DNA from: a virus
Lineage: Duplodnaviria > Caudoviricetes
DNA: 38,683 nucleotides
Virus record (IMG/VR): IMGVR_UViG_3300016263_000771
Location: 1 to 38,683 of that record
Reading direction: 5' to 3' (one strand)
Position 1 is the first letter of the stretch. Every line of letters starts with the position of its first letter. A program made the position numbers and the translations under genes. Below the pieces are notes generated by a model. It worked only from the letters and a program-made list of their open reading frames with translations. It ran no database searches and was not told the DNA's origin. This document shows, one piece after another, positions 9,807 to 17,411 of this stretch.

Positions 9807-11050
9807 CACAAGGATTTACTAATCAACAAACATATGCAGTTTTGCCTCCGACGGTGCAAAAATTTACTTCTGGTAGCGGTACTTATACGTTGCCTTCAGG
9901 GGCTAAATATATCGTTGTACAAATGGCTGGCGCAGGTGGTGGCGGTGCTGGTTCATCAGACGATGGCAGTGGTGGTGCTGGTGGCACTGGCGGAACCACA
10001 ACTTTTGGTTCTTCTTTATTAACTTGCACAGGTGGCACAGGTGGAACTGGTGGAAATCCAGCTAGTGGTGGAGCAGGAGGTTCAGCAACATTAAATAGTC
10101 CTGCCTATGGTATGTCTTTTGCAGGGCAAGCAGGAGGGGCAGCAGCCGCAAGACCAGCTTTGGGAATCAACGAATTATCAGGTTTGGGCGGCTCTACATT
10201 TTTTGGAGGTGGAGGTAACTATGTAACATCATCTGCTGCAGCTGTAGCCGGGAATGCAGCCACGGCCAATACTGGTTCAGGGGGTGGTGGTGCTGCAAAC
10301 GGAAACGGAGCAGCAGCTGCATTTTGTGGAGGCGGTGGCGGCTCTGGCGGCTATTTAACTGCATTTATAGCAAGCCCAAGCGCTACTTATTCTTATAGCA
10401 TTGGCGCAGCAGGCACAGCAGGCACGGCAGGCAATAACGGAGCAGCAGGTGGCGCAGGCGCAGCGGGCGTTATCATTGTTACTGAGTATTATGACACTAT
10501 CGGCATCCCAAGTAATTTGACTTTACCTGTTCCTGTCAATCAAGGTGGGACTGGTGTAACTAACAATAACTGGACAGCAGGTTCATTAACCTTCAGTCCA
10601 ACTACGCAAGGTATTGTAGGTACAACTACTAATGATAGTGCTGGTGCTGGGTATGTAGGTGAGTTTGTATCAGCGAATAGAGCGTATACGTCTCCACTTG
10701 CGCTTACAAACAACACTATAACAAATCTAACATCTATAAGTTTAAGTGCTGGTGATTGGGATGTATATGGAAATGTAATAAACAATAATAGCAATGATTA
10801 TATCCAATATTTAAATGTTTGGACTAACACTGTTTCAGTTACACTTCCATCTGAAGTCAATAACGCAGGATTAACGTTATTTGGGTCGGCCGGTGGAAAT
10901 ACAGTTCGTTCAACTCAATTTTCGACAATTGCCCCATATCAAAGATATTCATTAAGCACAACAACCACCATATATTTAATAGCACAAACAGCTTCAAACG
11001 CTGGCACAAATAATTGTTCTGGCAGTATTTACGCAAGGAGAGTTAGATAA
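9803..11050 (+). CDS. Glycine-rich tail fibre/receptor-binding protein (paralog 2)
   Basis: Same architecture as 8595..9806 over the whole length, including SISLSAGDWDVYG and the IYARR.R end. Confidence 0.65.
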   Translation: MTQGFTNQQTYAVLPPTVQKFTSGSGTYTLPSGAKYIVVQMAGAGGGGAGSSDDGSGGAGGTGGTTTFGSSLLTCTGGTGGTGGNPASGGAGGSATLNSPAYGMSFAGQAGGAAAARPALGINELSGLGGSTFFGGGGNYVTSSAAAVAGNAATANTGSGGGGAANGNGAAAAFCGGGGGSGGYLTAFIASPSATYSYSIGAAGTAGTAGNNGAAGGAGAAGVIIVTEYYDTIGIPSNLTLPVPVNQGGTGVTNNNWTAGSLTFSPTTQGIVGTTTNDSAGAGYVGEFVSANRAYTSPLALTNNTITNLTSISLSAGDWDVYGNVINNNSNDYIQYLNVWTNTVSVTLPSEVNNAGLTLFGSAGGNTVRSTQFSTIAPYQRYSLSTTTTIYLIAQTASNAGTNNCSGSIYARRVR

Positions 11051-11511
11051 TGAATATAGTAGAATTATGTCAAATTAAATATCCGGGCATGGTTGAATCA
11101 TGGCATATTATGTTTGGTCAAGATAGCGAAACTAGCCCAATCAGAATTGTTAAATGGGATGTACCAAATGTACCTGAGCCAACAGTTGAAGAACTTGAGT
11201 CTGAAATTCCACAATACCAAAGACAATTTGATGTACAAACATACAAAAAAGATATTGATACCAAAGTATCAGCTCTATTGAACAGTACAGCGCAAAGCCG
11301 TGGTTATAGTGACTCCCAAAGCATTGTAGGTTATGTAAGTTCATCTAACGTGCAATGGCAAGCAGAAGCACAGGCTTTTGTTGCATGGCGTGACCAAATC
11401 TGGGAGCGTGTATACATAGAGTATATGGCAATCGATGCAGGCGGAAATATTCCTAATGAAGATGAATACATGGCAACTTTACCGCAAATAGTGTGGCCTC
11501 AAGGAGGGTAG
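11050..11511 (+). CDS. Tail fibre assembly/chaperone-like protein
   Basis: IVKWD...EPTVEEL (XkdW-like) plus AQSRGY...WQAEAQAFVAWRD...LPQIVWP; follows the fibre genes. Confidence 0.55.
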   Translation: MNIVELCQIKYPGMVESWHIMFGQDSETSPIRIVKWDVPNVPEPTVEELESEIPQYQRQFDVQTYKKDIDTKVSALLNSTAQSRGYSDSQSIVGYVSSSNVQWQAEAQAFVAWRDQIWERVYIEYMAIDAGGNIPNEDEYMATLPQIVWPQGG

Positions 11512-11512
11512 T

Positions 11513-11776
11513 ATGACGAAGACACCAGCTTGGCAACGCAAAGAAGGTAAGAACCCTAAAGGCGGATTAAATGCTAAGGGAAGGGCTTCAGCCAAAGCTC
11601 AGGGCATGAACTTAAAGCCACCAGTAAGTGCTGAGCAGGCCAAGAAGTCACCCAAGGCTGCCGCAAGACGTAAAAGTTTTTGCGCACGCATGAGCGGTAA
11701 CCCGGGGCCTATGAAAGATGAAAAGGGTAGACCAACACGCAAAGCATTAGCGCTTAGAAAATGGGATTGCAGATGA
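11513..11776 (+). CDS. Small highly basic phage protein
   Basis: 87 aa K/R-rich: GKNPKGGLNAKGRAS...RRKSFCARM...LRKWDC. Confidence 0.75.
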   Translation: MTKTPAWQRKEGKNPKGGLNAKGRASAKAQGMNLKPPVSAEQAKKSPKAAARRKSFCARMSGNPGPMKDEKGRPTRKALALRKWDCR

Positions 11777-11940
11777 CACATAAAGAAATTTGGGATAAGC
11801 CAAGACCCGCAAAACTTGGCAAACCTAAACCACTATCACCAAAAAAGAAAACGGCTGCCAAGGCTGCTGCTAAAGCTGCTGGGCGTCCCTATCCTAATTT
11901 GGTCGATAACTTAAACGCAGCTCGAAAGAAAGGAAAATAA
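11773..11940 (+). CDS. Small highly basic protein (55 aa, not in ORF track)
   Basis: MTHKEIWDKPRPAKLGKPKPLSPKKKTAAKAAAKAAGRPYPNLVDNLNAARKKGK; ATGA overlap with the upstream gene; fills the gap exactly. Confidence 0.75.
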   Translation: MTHKEIWDKPRPAKLGKPKPLSPKKKTAAKAAAKAAGRPYPNLVDNLNAARKKGK

Positions 11941-11942
11941 CC

Positions 11943-12629
11943 ATGGCAATTTTAAATATCGTAACATCTGTAACTGGACTTGTAGGCGTTACACCTCGTA
12001 TCGTTTACATTGACACAAACGACACCTTAGCAACTGTAACTACTACCGGCTACTTAAACAAAGCCCAACAAGATGGTGCTAGCCTAAAAGAATCAGATAT
12101 GGCTCTAGTAACCTTAAGAGCCACACCAAGCGCTACTAGCATACAAGTGGCTTGGTTAGAAGTGGCCTATAGTTCTGGCAACTGGTCTTTAGTCGCCTCT
12201 AGCTCTAGTATTCCTTTAGCTAATAGCAAGATTTTAGTGGGAAACGCAAGTGGCGTAGCGACAGCAGTGACCATGTCAGGAGATGCGACACTGGCGAACA
12301 CTGGCGCCCTTACTGTTGCTGCTAATGCAATCACTACAACTAAAATCATTAACGCTGCCGTAACCAAGGCAAAGCTAGAAACCGCGTTACAGCCTGCTGC
12401 CGTTGTCAAGTTTGCCAATAAGCATGCTGAGGCTGGTGGCTCTGCAACAGTTACAATTACAGCTACAGGCGTTGTCGCTACAGATTTAGCATTTGCTGCA
12501 ATACAATCTAGTGCCAACCCTGTTGAAATTCAAAAAGTAACACCATCAGCAGATACCGTTACTGTTTTATGTTCTGGCGACCCCGGTGCTTCAGTATTCA
12601 CGTGGCAAGCATTAAGACTTACCCCATAA
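11943..12629 (+). CDS. Virion structural/fibre-like protein
   Basis: Ala/Thr/Val-rich, GNASGVATAVTMSGDATL and AVTKAKL fibre motifs; AAGGA RBS. Confidence 0.5.
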   Translation: MAILNIVTSVTGLVGVTPRIVYIDTNDTLATVTTTGYLNKAQQDGASLKESDMALVTLRATPSATSIQVAWLEVAYSSGNWSLVASSSSIPLANSKILVGNASGVATAVTMSGDATLANTGALTVAANAITTTKIINAAVTKAKLETALQPAAVVKFANKHAEAGGSATVTITATGVVATDLAFAAIQSSANPVEIQKVTPSADTVTVLCSGDPGASVFTWQALRLTP

Positions 12630-12634
12630 TACCT

Positions 12635-12659
12635 AGCCTCTTAACTGAGGCTTTTTTTT
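12635..12659 (+). terminator. Rho-independent terminator
   Basis: AGCCTC-ttaact-GAGGCT followed by a T run. Confidence 0.85.
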
Positions 12660-12695
12660 AAGTTTTATGGCAATATAGAATTACATTACTTTCAA

Positions 12696-13256
12696 ATGTA
12701 TATAGCCATGTTAAAAATACACAGAAACCTTAAGTTTAATAAATACTTGTTCACTGCTACAGCCGTATTAGCTTGTTTTTATTTTGGCGGCGCAATAATT
12801 GTCAATGACATTAAAGACCATGAGGTTGAAATACTAGAAAAAAGCCCATTGTTCCCCGCGGCCAACTATGAGTATATGACAACAGAGGAAACATTTTACA
12901 GTATTGATGGAGCTGTTATCGAGGTTCCCGCCTATTTTCGTACTGACTTTGCAAGCATACCTAAAACGTTGTGGTTTATAGACGCGCCATACAAAGCGTC
13001 ATTTGTTTATCCTGCAATATGGCACGACTTTATGTATACCTGCGCAAAGAACAGAACCAGAAAAGAAATTGATGATACGTTTTTTTGGTTACTTAGATAC
13101 GAACAAAATTCATTATATACCAGTATTAAGATGTATATTGCTGTTAGATTGTTTGGTGGCAACTATTTCAAAAAACCTAGCGGCTGCGCTGACGCAGAAA
13201 TACAAATGGATTTAAACAAACAACAGCACGACAAGGAGAATGTTAATCATGGCTAA
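12696..13256 (+). CDS. DUF1353-like protein with N-terminal hydrophobic segment
   Basis: VPAYFRTDFASIP...AIWHDFMY...RKEIDDTF...AVRLFG; TM-like LFTATAVLACFYFGGAIIV. Confidence 0.75.
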   Translation: MYIAMLKIHRNLKFNKYLFTATAVLACFYFGGAIIVNDIKDHEVEILEKSPLFPAANYEYMTTEETFYSIDGAVIEVPAYFRTDFASIPKTLWFIDAPYKASFVYPAIWHDFMYTCAKNRTRKEIDDTFFWLLRYEQNSLYTSIKMYIAVRLFGGNYFKKPSGCADAEIQMDLNKQQHDKENVNHG

Positions 13257-13791
13257 TTTTGAATCAGCTATCAAACAGACTTTAATACACGAGGGAGGAT
13301 ACAATGAAGTCAAAGGTGACGCAGGAGGCGCTACGAATTTTGGGATTAGCTTACGTTTTCTTAAAGGACTTGATGATAATCTTGATTTGGCTGACATTAA
13401 TAACGACGGCAAAATTGATTCGTTGGATATTAAAAACCTTACGGAAGAACATGCCAAAAAAATTTACTTTGAAGAGTTTTGGAAAGCAAACAAATGTGAC
13501 CTGATTAAGGATGATGCGGTTGCAGCTAAGTTCTTTGACATGTCGGTAAACATGGGTTTAAGACAAGCGACTAAATTATTACAACGCGCCTGCAATTACT
13601 TTAAATTGTTTGGCTTAACAGTTGACGGCAAAATTGGCAATAAAACATTACAAGCTGTTAATCAAACTAACCCCGAACAACTATTAAATGTTATGCGCAA
13701 AGAATGTCAATCATTTTACATTTATCTTGTAGATGAAAAACCTGCATATGAGAAGTTTCTTAAAGGCTGGCTAAGAAGAGCTGCTAGCTAG
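13249..13791 (+). CDS. Endolysin, glycoside hydrolase family 108 with C-terminal peptidoglycan-binding domain
   Basis: HEGGY..VKGDAGGATNFGIS, FDMSVNMG, DGKIG..T, KFLKGWLRR; start 13249 follows ACAAGGAG. Confidence 0.9.
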   Translation: MANFESAIKQTLIHEGGYNEVKGDAGGATNFGISLRFLKGLDDNLDLADINNDGKIDSLDIKNLTEEHAKKIYFEEFWKANKCDLIKDDAVAAKFFDMSVNMGLRQATKLLQRACNYFKLFGLTVDGKIGNKTLQAVNQTNPEQLLNVMRKECQSFYIYLVDEKPAYEKFLKGWLRRAAS

Positions 13792-13792
13792 A

Positions 13793-13870
13793 AATTAGGC
13801 TGGGAAACAAGGAGTGAACCCAGCCATATGTCGAGTGTCAGGTGAGAGACTCAGAACTATAAACCCGACA
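13793..13870 (-). ncRNA. Candidate two-hairpin small RNA with anti-SD loops
   Basis: Extended -10 TGcTATTAT (13884-13876) just upstream of hairpin UGUCGGGU/ACUCGACA (G-U pair only on the minus strand); second hairpin GGCUGGG-UUCACUCCUUGUUU-CCCAGCC then UAAUUU. Confidence 0.5.
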
Positions 13871-13911
13871 GAACAATAATAGCACAACTTTATAAAAGTA
13901 AAAGGGGTTTT

Positions 13912-14247
13912 ATGGAACGAGATGAACAAATTAAGCTATTTCAATATTTAAACTCACATCCGCTATTAAAAGATTTAGCATTTATGATTCCTAACGAGGG
14001 CAGAAGGAGCTGGGTTATAGGGCGCTTATTTAAGGCTATGGGGTTACGAGCAGGCACCCCGGATATTTTCATACCCTACCCAACAAAAACGCACCACGGC
14101 CTGTTTATCGAGCTTAAATGGGGGAAGAATAAACCATCACCAGCACAAACTAAATTTTTAGCAACCCTCAAAGAACATGGCTATCAAGCACATGTCTGTT
14201 GGGGGGCTGATGAGGCTATTGAAAAGATTGTTGAATATCTAAAATAG
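13912..14247 (+). CDS. VRR-NUC family nuclease (PD-(D/E)xK; possible resolvase)
   Basis: IPNEGRR...GLRAGTPD...GLFIELK..KNKPSPAQ. Confidence 0.85.
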   Translation: MERDEQIKLFQYLNSHPLLKDLAFMIPNEGRRSWVIGRLFKAMGLRAGTPDIFIPYPTKTHHGLFIELKWGKNKPSPAQTKFLATLKEHGYQAHVCWGADEAIEKIVEYLK

Positions 14248-14248
14248 G

Positions 14249-14276
14249 TGTGGCCATGATGGAGTGCATGACCACA
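14249..14276 (-). other. Stem-loop between convergent genes with loop CACUCCAU
   Basis: UGUGGUCAUG/CAUGGCCACA 10-bp stem; U-G pair on the minus strand is a C-A mismatch on the plus strand. Confidence 0.55.
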
Positions 14277-14283
14277 GGACGTC

Positions 14284-14688
14284 CTACCAAGGTATATCAT
14301 CATCGATGAACTTGGATTCTTTTAAATTACCATGATTTTCTGGTTTTTGGAAAGCGTTTTTATCGCCTTTGTTGCCAAGCAATCTAAATGAATTTGCTAA
14401 AATTGATACCGAAACTTTCTCAACACCTTGTTTATCGGTGTATTTGTCTTGCTGGAACTCACCTTCAACATATATCAAATCACCTTTATTGGCATAGCTA
14501 TCTATATTTTCAGCCAGTTTATGGAACGCTTTAACATTCACCCATGTTGTTTTTTCTAATGGCCGCCCATCTCTATCCTTATCTTTCTTTTTTAATGCAA
14601 TTGATAATTTTGCAAATTTTGTTCCATTAGGTGAAGTACCTGCTTCTTTAAAGCCAATATGGCCAATCATCATCATCTTATTTAACAT
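14284..14688 (-). CDS. ssb: Single-stranded DNA-binding protein
   Basis: MLNK.MMIGHIG...TTWVNV..F...AE...KGDLIYVEG, acidic tail DDDIPW. Confidence 0.92.
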   Translation of the reverse strand: MLNKMMMIGHIGFKEAGTSPNGTKFAKLSIALKKKDKDRDGRPLEKTTWVNVKAFHKLAENIDSYANKGDLIYVEGEFQQDKYTDKQGVEKVSVSILANSFRLLGNKGDKNAFQKPENHGNLKESKFIDDDIPW

Positions 14689-14705
14689 TATAAAATCTCA
14701 GTAAA

Positions 14706-15647
14706 TTAATTATTATTGTTATGCGCTGTATCTCCAGTTGCGCGTATTTCTTCACTGTCTGCGCCTTGTTTTGTTTGTTCGTCAGTTGCTTTAACCTCCA
14801 TGTCAATATCTTTTTCCTTAGTGATTTCATTCTGCACCTTTTTCTCTAAACGCTCAATAAGCTCTGATGCTTCTTTCTCTGTTAAATCCTGCAATTCGGC
14901 TTTTTTGAAGTATAGCCTCATGCCTGATTGTAACCGTTCGTAGCTAATATCTCCTAGCATCATGAGGTCATCTATTTTAGCTACTTGGTCAGCATTAATC
15001 ATTGATACTGAATCATATACATAACCTGTTTGTTTTTCTGGTCTATCTTCTAAGATTTTAGTTTTGTTTTCAGGAAGCTCTTCTTCAGCGTAAGTCCCGG
15101 CAAATGTTGATTGAAACGCCATGCGAATAGCTTGCGCTTCAGCAACCTTTTTAATCATGGTGGCTGGCTTAGTTTTCCATAAACCCTGCTTTAAATCATA
15201 TTCAGGAAACTCAACAAATACATACATTGTACGTGTAGCAGATTTGCGCTTTACTACGCAATAAGCGCCTATAAGGTTGCCTCTGTTTGCAATTTCGTAC
15301 TGGTGTTGTACTTCACCGTTCCACATCTGGAATTTGTCATTACTATAAACAGCATCTACCAAATGATAGTCATAATCTGGCTGGCGTTGGGCTGCTATAC
15401 GATACCCATCCCGGCCAATAAATATCTGCGCTGCGCCGTTTCCATATTTGACAAGCCATATTTCCCTCAAAAAAGGATTTAGTGCAGTAGCCCTGCCCAT
15501 CTCAATTAGCATATTGAATTCAGTGTCGGTGGCGTTTTTAGCATAAGCTTTGCGTATATCAGCTAAGGATTTACTGTCTTCCCATAGAGCTAAAACTTTT
15601 GTTTGCATTCTTTCAGCCAATGCGATTTGCTGCAATTGTGTATCCAT
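14706..15647 (-). CDS. bet: Single-strand annealing recombinase (RecT/Bet family)
   Basis: LNPFLREIWLVKY...IGRDGY...LIGAYC...WKTKPATMIKKVAEAQAIRMAF. Confidence 0.88.
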   Translation of the reverse strand: MDTQLQQIALAERMQTKVLALWEDSKSLADIRKAYAKNATDTEFNMLIEMGRATALNPFLREIWLVKYGNGAAQIFIGRDGYRIAAQRQPDYDYHLVDAVYSNDKFQMWNGEVQHQYEIANRGNLIGAYCVVKRKSATRTMYVFVEFPEYDLKQGLWKTKPATMIKKVAEAQAIRMAFQSTFAGTYAEEELPENKTKILEDRPEKQTGYVYDSVSMINADQVAKIDDLMMLGDISYERLQSGMRLYFKKAELQDLTEKEASELIERLEKKVQNEITKEKDIDMEVKATDEQTKQGADSEEIRATGDTAHNNNN

Positions 15648-15651
15648 GTAA

Positions 15652-16476
15652 TTATTCCTTAACTAAAAATGTTCTTGTGCCACGCGCGTTTGCTTTCCAG
15701 CTAACTAATACCCTGCCGTCTTCATCAACCATAAACTCGCTATCTTTCATGTAATCTTGAATAACAAGCTCTTGCTCTTGTCGTTGCACCTTAAGCAGCT
15801 TTTCGTTTTTCTTTATGCCGGTAAGCTTATCTAATGCGCCCAGTGTTTCCATGTTGTAAGTAATGGATTTATCGACAGTTGCCTTGTATAGATGCTTCAT
15901 GTCTTCATGCTGTGGAGGTGGTTGTTCGCCTGATTGAACCATGCCCCAGAATTCATGACATGCATTGAGTATTTCATCCTCTAACCATTCGTTACGATGA
16001 TAAACGTACTCTCTATAGTCCTGACCACCGATTAAAACCGCACAGTAGGCCTTAGGAGCGTTTTTTAGCATACAGTAATATGCTATCTGCAATACATATC
16101 TTTGCGGGATTTCTTGGCCTTCCTGACCCCATTCATGCGCGCTAAAAGCATTGGCTGTTTTAATCTCAAGTACGGCATTATCGTTTAATATAAAGCCATC
16201 CAAGTTGCCTTGCAGATAGTTAAATTTAGGATGAGTGATGGTATCGGGTTGTTCGACATAGACATTGTGACGTTTAATAAACTCTTGTCTAACAATATCC
16301 TCTAGCATGCTTCCCCAATATGCTTGAGGACTTTGCGCATCATTGAATACTAGTTCGCCACGTTTCTCTAGCCAGAGCTGCACCGGCGTTTTGAAACTAG
16401 AGTAACCCATGATGATAGGCACGTCTGAGCCACCTATTGCCTTTCGCCGATTAATCTTTTGTTCTTCAGTTAACAT
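15652..16476 (-). CDS. YqaJ/lambda-exonuclease-like recombination nuclease
   Basis: RRKAIGGSD..IMGYS.FKT...LWLEK, NLDG...LEIKT, Y.LQ..YY; start 16476 follows AAACAAGGAG. Confidence 0.9.
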   Translation of the reverse strand: MLTEEQKINRRKAIGGSDVPIIMGYSSFKTPVQLWLEKRGELVFNDAQSPQAYWGSMLEDIVRQEFIKRHNVYVEQPDTITHPKFNYLQGNLDGFILNDNAVLEIKTANAFSAHEWGQEGQEIPQRYVLQIAYYCMLKNAPKAYCAVLIGGQDYREYVYHRNEWLEDEILNACHEFWGMVQSGEQPPPQHEDMKHLYKATVDKSITYNMETLGALDKLTGIKKNEKLLKVQRQEQELVIQDYMKDSEFMVDEDGRVLVSWKANARGTRTFLVKE

Positions 16477-16494
16477 TTTTATCTCCTTGTTTGT

Positions 16495-16546
16495 GTAAAT
16501 TAATTTTAACATAAGGATTGTAAATGTAAAATAATTTTTATATTAT
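16495..16546. promoter_or_regulatory. Divergent promoters with two operator-like sites
   Basis: Rightward TTGTAA-17-TATTAT (16518-16546); leftward TTTACA-16-(TGn)TAAAAT; overlapping near-palindromes GTAAATTAATTTTA and TAAAATAATTTTTA. Confidence 0.6.
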
Positions 16547-16568
16547 AAGTAAAAAGGAGTATAAAAAC

Positions 16569-16799
16569 ATGAACTTAGAAGAAGCTAGAAAATATTTTAA
16601 AAGTTATAACCGCATGGCTAAATTATTGCAAGTCACGCCTCAGGCAATCCAGCACTGGCGGAAGGCTGGCTACATCCCCTATTTGCATCAACTTAACCTA
16701 GAGCGCTTAACAGAAGGTGCGTTGATGGCTGATGAAGAAAACGTAAACTCTAAATTTTACAAAAACAGGATTTTAAAACAACAACAAAAAGGAGTATAA
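16569..16799 (+). CDS. Cro-like HTH repressor (YdaS/Cro superfamily)
   Basis: YFKSYNRMAKLLQVTPQAIQHW...IP...Q..LE.LT.G.L.AD; AAGGAG RBS. Confidence 0.8.
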   Translation: MNLEEARKYFKSYNRMAKLLQVTPQAIQHWRKAGYIPYLHQLNLERLTEGALMADEENVNSKFYKNRILKQQQKGV

Positions 16800-16802
16800 A
16801 AA

Positions 16803-17072
16803 ATGATTAGAGCGTTAGCGTGGGCATTGAGACAGCACCCGGACACTATTACGAGCAACGAAAAGCTTGTGTTAATTGGTCTTGCTGATATGTCGGATGA
16901 CGAGCAAGTCGTGCGTTTGTCCGTCATCAAGATAGCTAAGTTTTCGGGGTTAGACAATGAGGTCATTGGGGAGTGTTTGTGTAGCCTGTTATCTAAAGGT
17001 TTTATTAAATGCTTGGACATGGAAACAGAACTTGAATACATGCCGTGTTATAAGTTACTGATTACGAGGTAA
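16803..17072 (+). CDS. Stand-alone winged-HTH resembling the N-terminus of phage replication initiators
   Basis: ALAWAL...EKLVLIGLAD.SD...S..KIAKFSGL...V...L..L..KGFI. Confidence 0.6.
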   Translation: MIRALAWALRQHPDTITSNEKLVLIGLADMSDDEQVVRLSVIKIAKFSGLDNEVIGECLCSLLSKGFIKCLDMETELEYMPCYKLLITR

Positions 17073-17074
17073 TC

Positions 17075-17377
17075 ATGTCATATGACCTAAAGTTATTAAA
17101 TCGTATACGAAAGAACGTCGACAAGCCTAATGTGTATTATTGCCCCCAATGCGGCTATAAAACTTTTAGCTTTAAGCGCGATTGTTTTGCTTGTATCAAT
17201 CATTATTGTCAGTTAGAGATTGGCTATACTGGCTCGCAAGAATGTATTAAGGAATGGAAGCAGGGCATGATTGATTTAATCAAGGCTGGTGGTATGCTGG
17301 GTGAACAAGGTTGTGATGATGAAACTTGTGAGGTATGCAAAATTAAAGATAGTCATGACTTAAACAAATTCCACTAA
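17075..17377 (+). CDS. Cys-rich putative zinc-binding protein
   Basis: CPQC, CFACINHYC, CDDETCEVC. Confidence 0.55.
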   Translation: MSYDLKLLNRIRKNVDKPNVYYCPQCGYKTFSFKRDCFACINHYCQLEIGYTGSQECIKEWKQGMIDLIKAGGMLGEQGCDDETCEVCKIKDSHDLNKFH

Positions 17378-17411
17378 AAAAAATAGCGTTAGAGGATGAG
17401 GCTAACGCTAT
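17376..17411 (-). terminator. Leftward Rho-independent terminator
   Basis: AUAGCGUUAG-CCUCAUCCU-CUAACGCUAU plus U run on the minus strand, inside a rightward operon. Confidence 0.75.

Noticed and set aside
8595-11050. Diversity-generating retroelement (TR/VR) in the paralogous fibre genes
   Set aside because: No reverse transcriptase; differences are mostly synonymous and not adenine-specific
13828-13845. Micro-ORF MSSVR after ACAAGGAG
   Set aside because: SD-to-ATG spacing is long (13 nt), 5 codons only, and stem asymmetry favours the opposite strand
14264-14273. GTGCATGACC matching an origin iteron
   Set aside because: Single 10-bp match, explained as one arm of the hairpin; no AT-rich tract or further copies
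14284-14300. SSB tail ends DDDIPW rather than DDDIPF
   Set aside because: Conservative aromatic variant; not enough to suggest a new function
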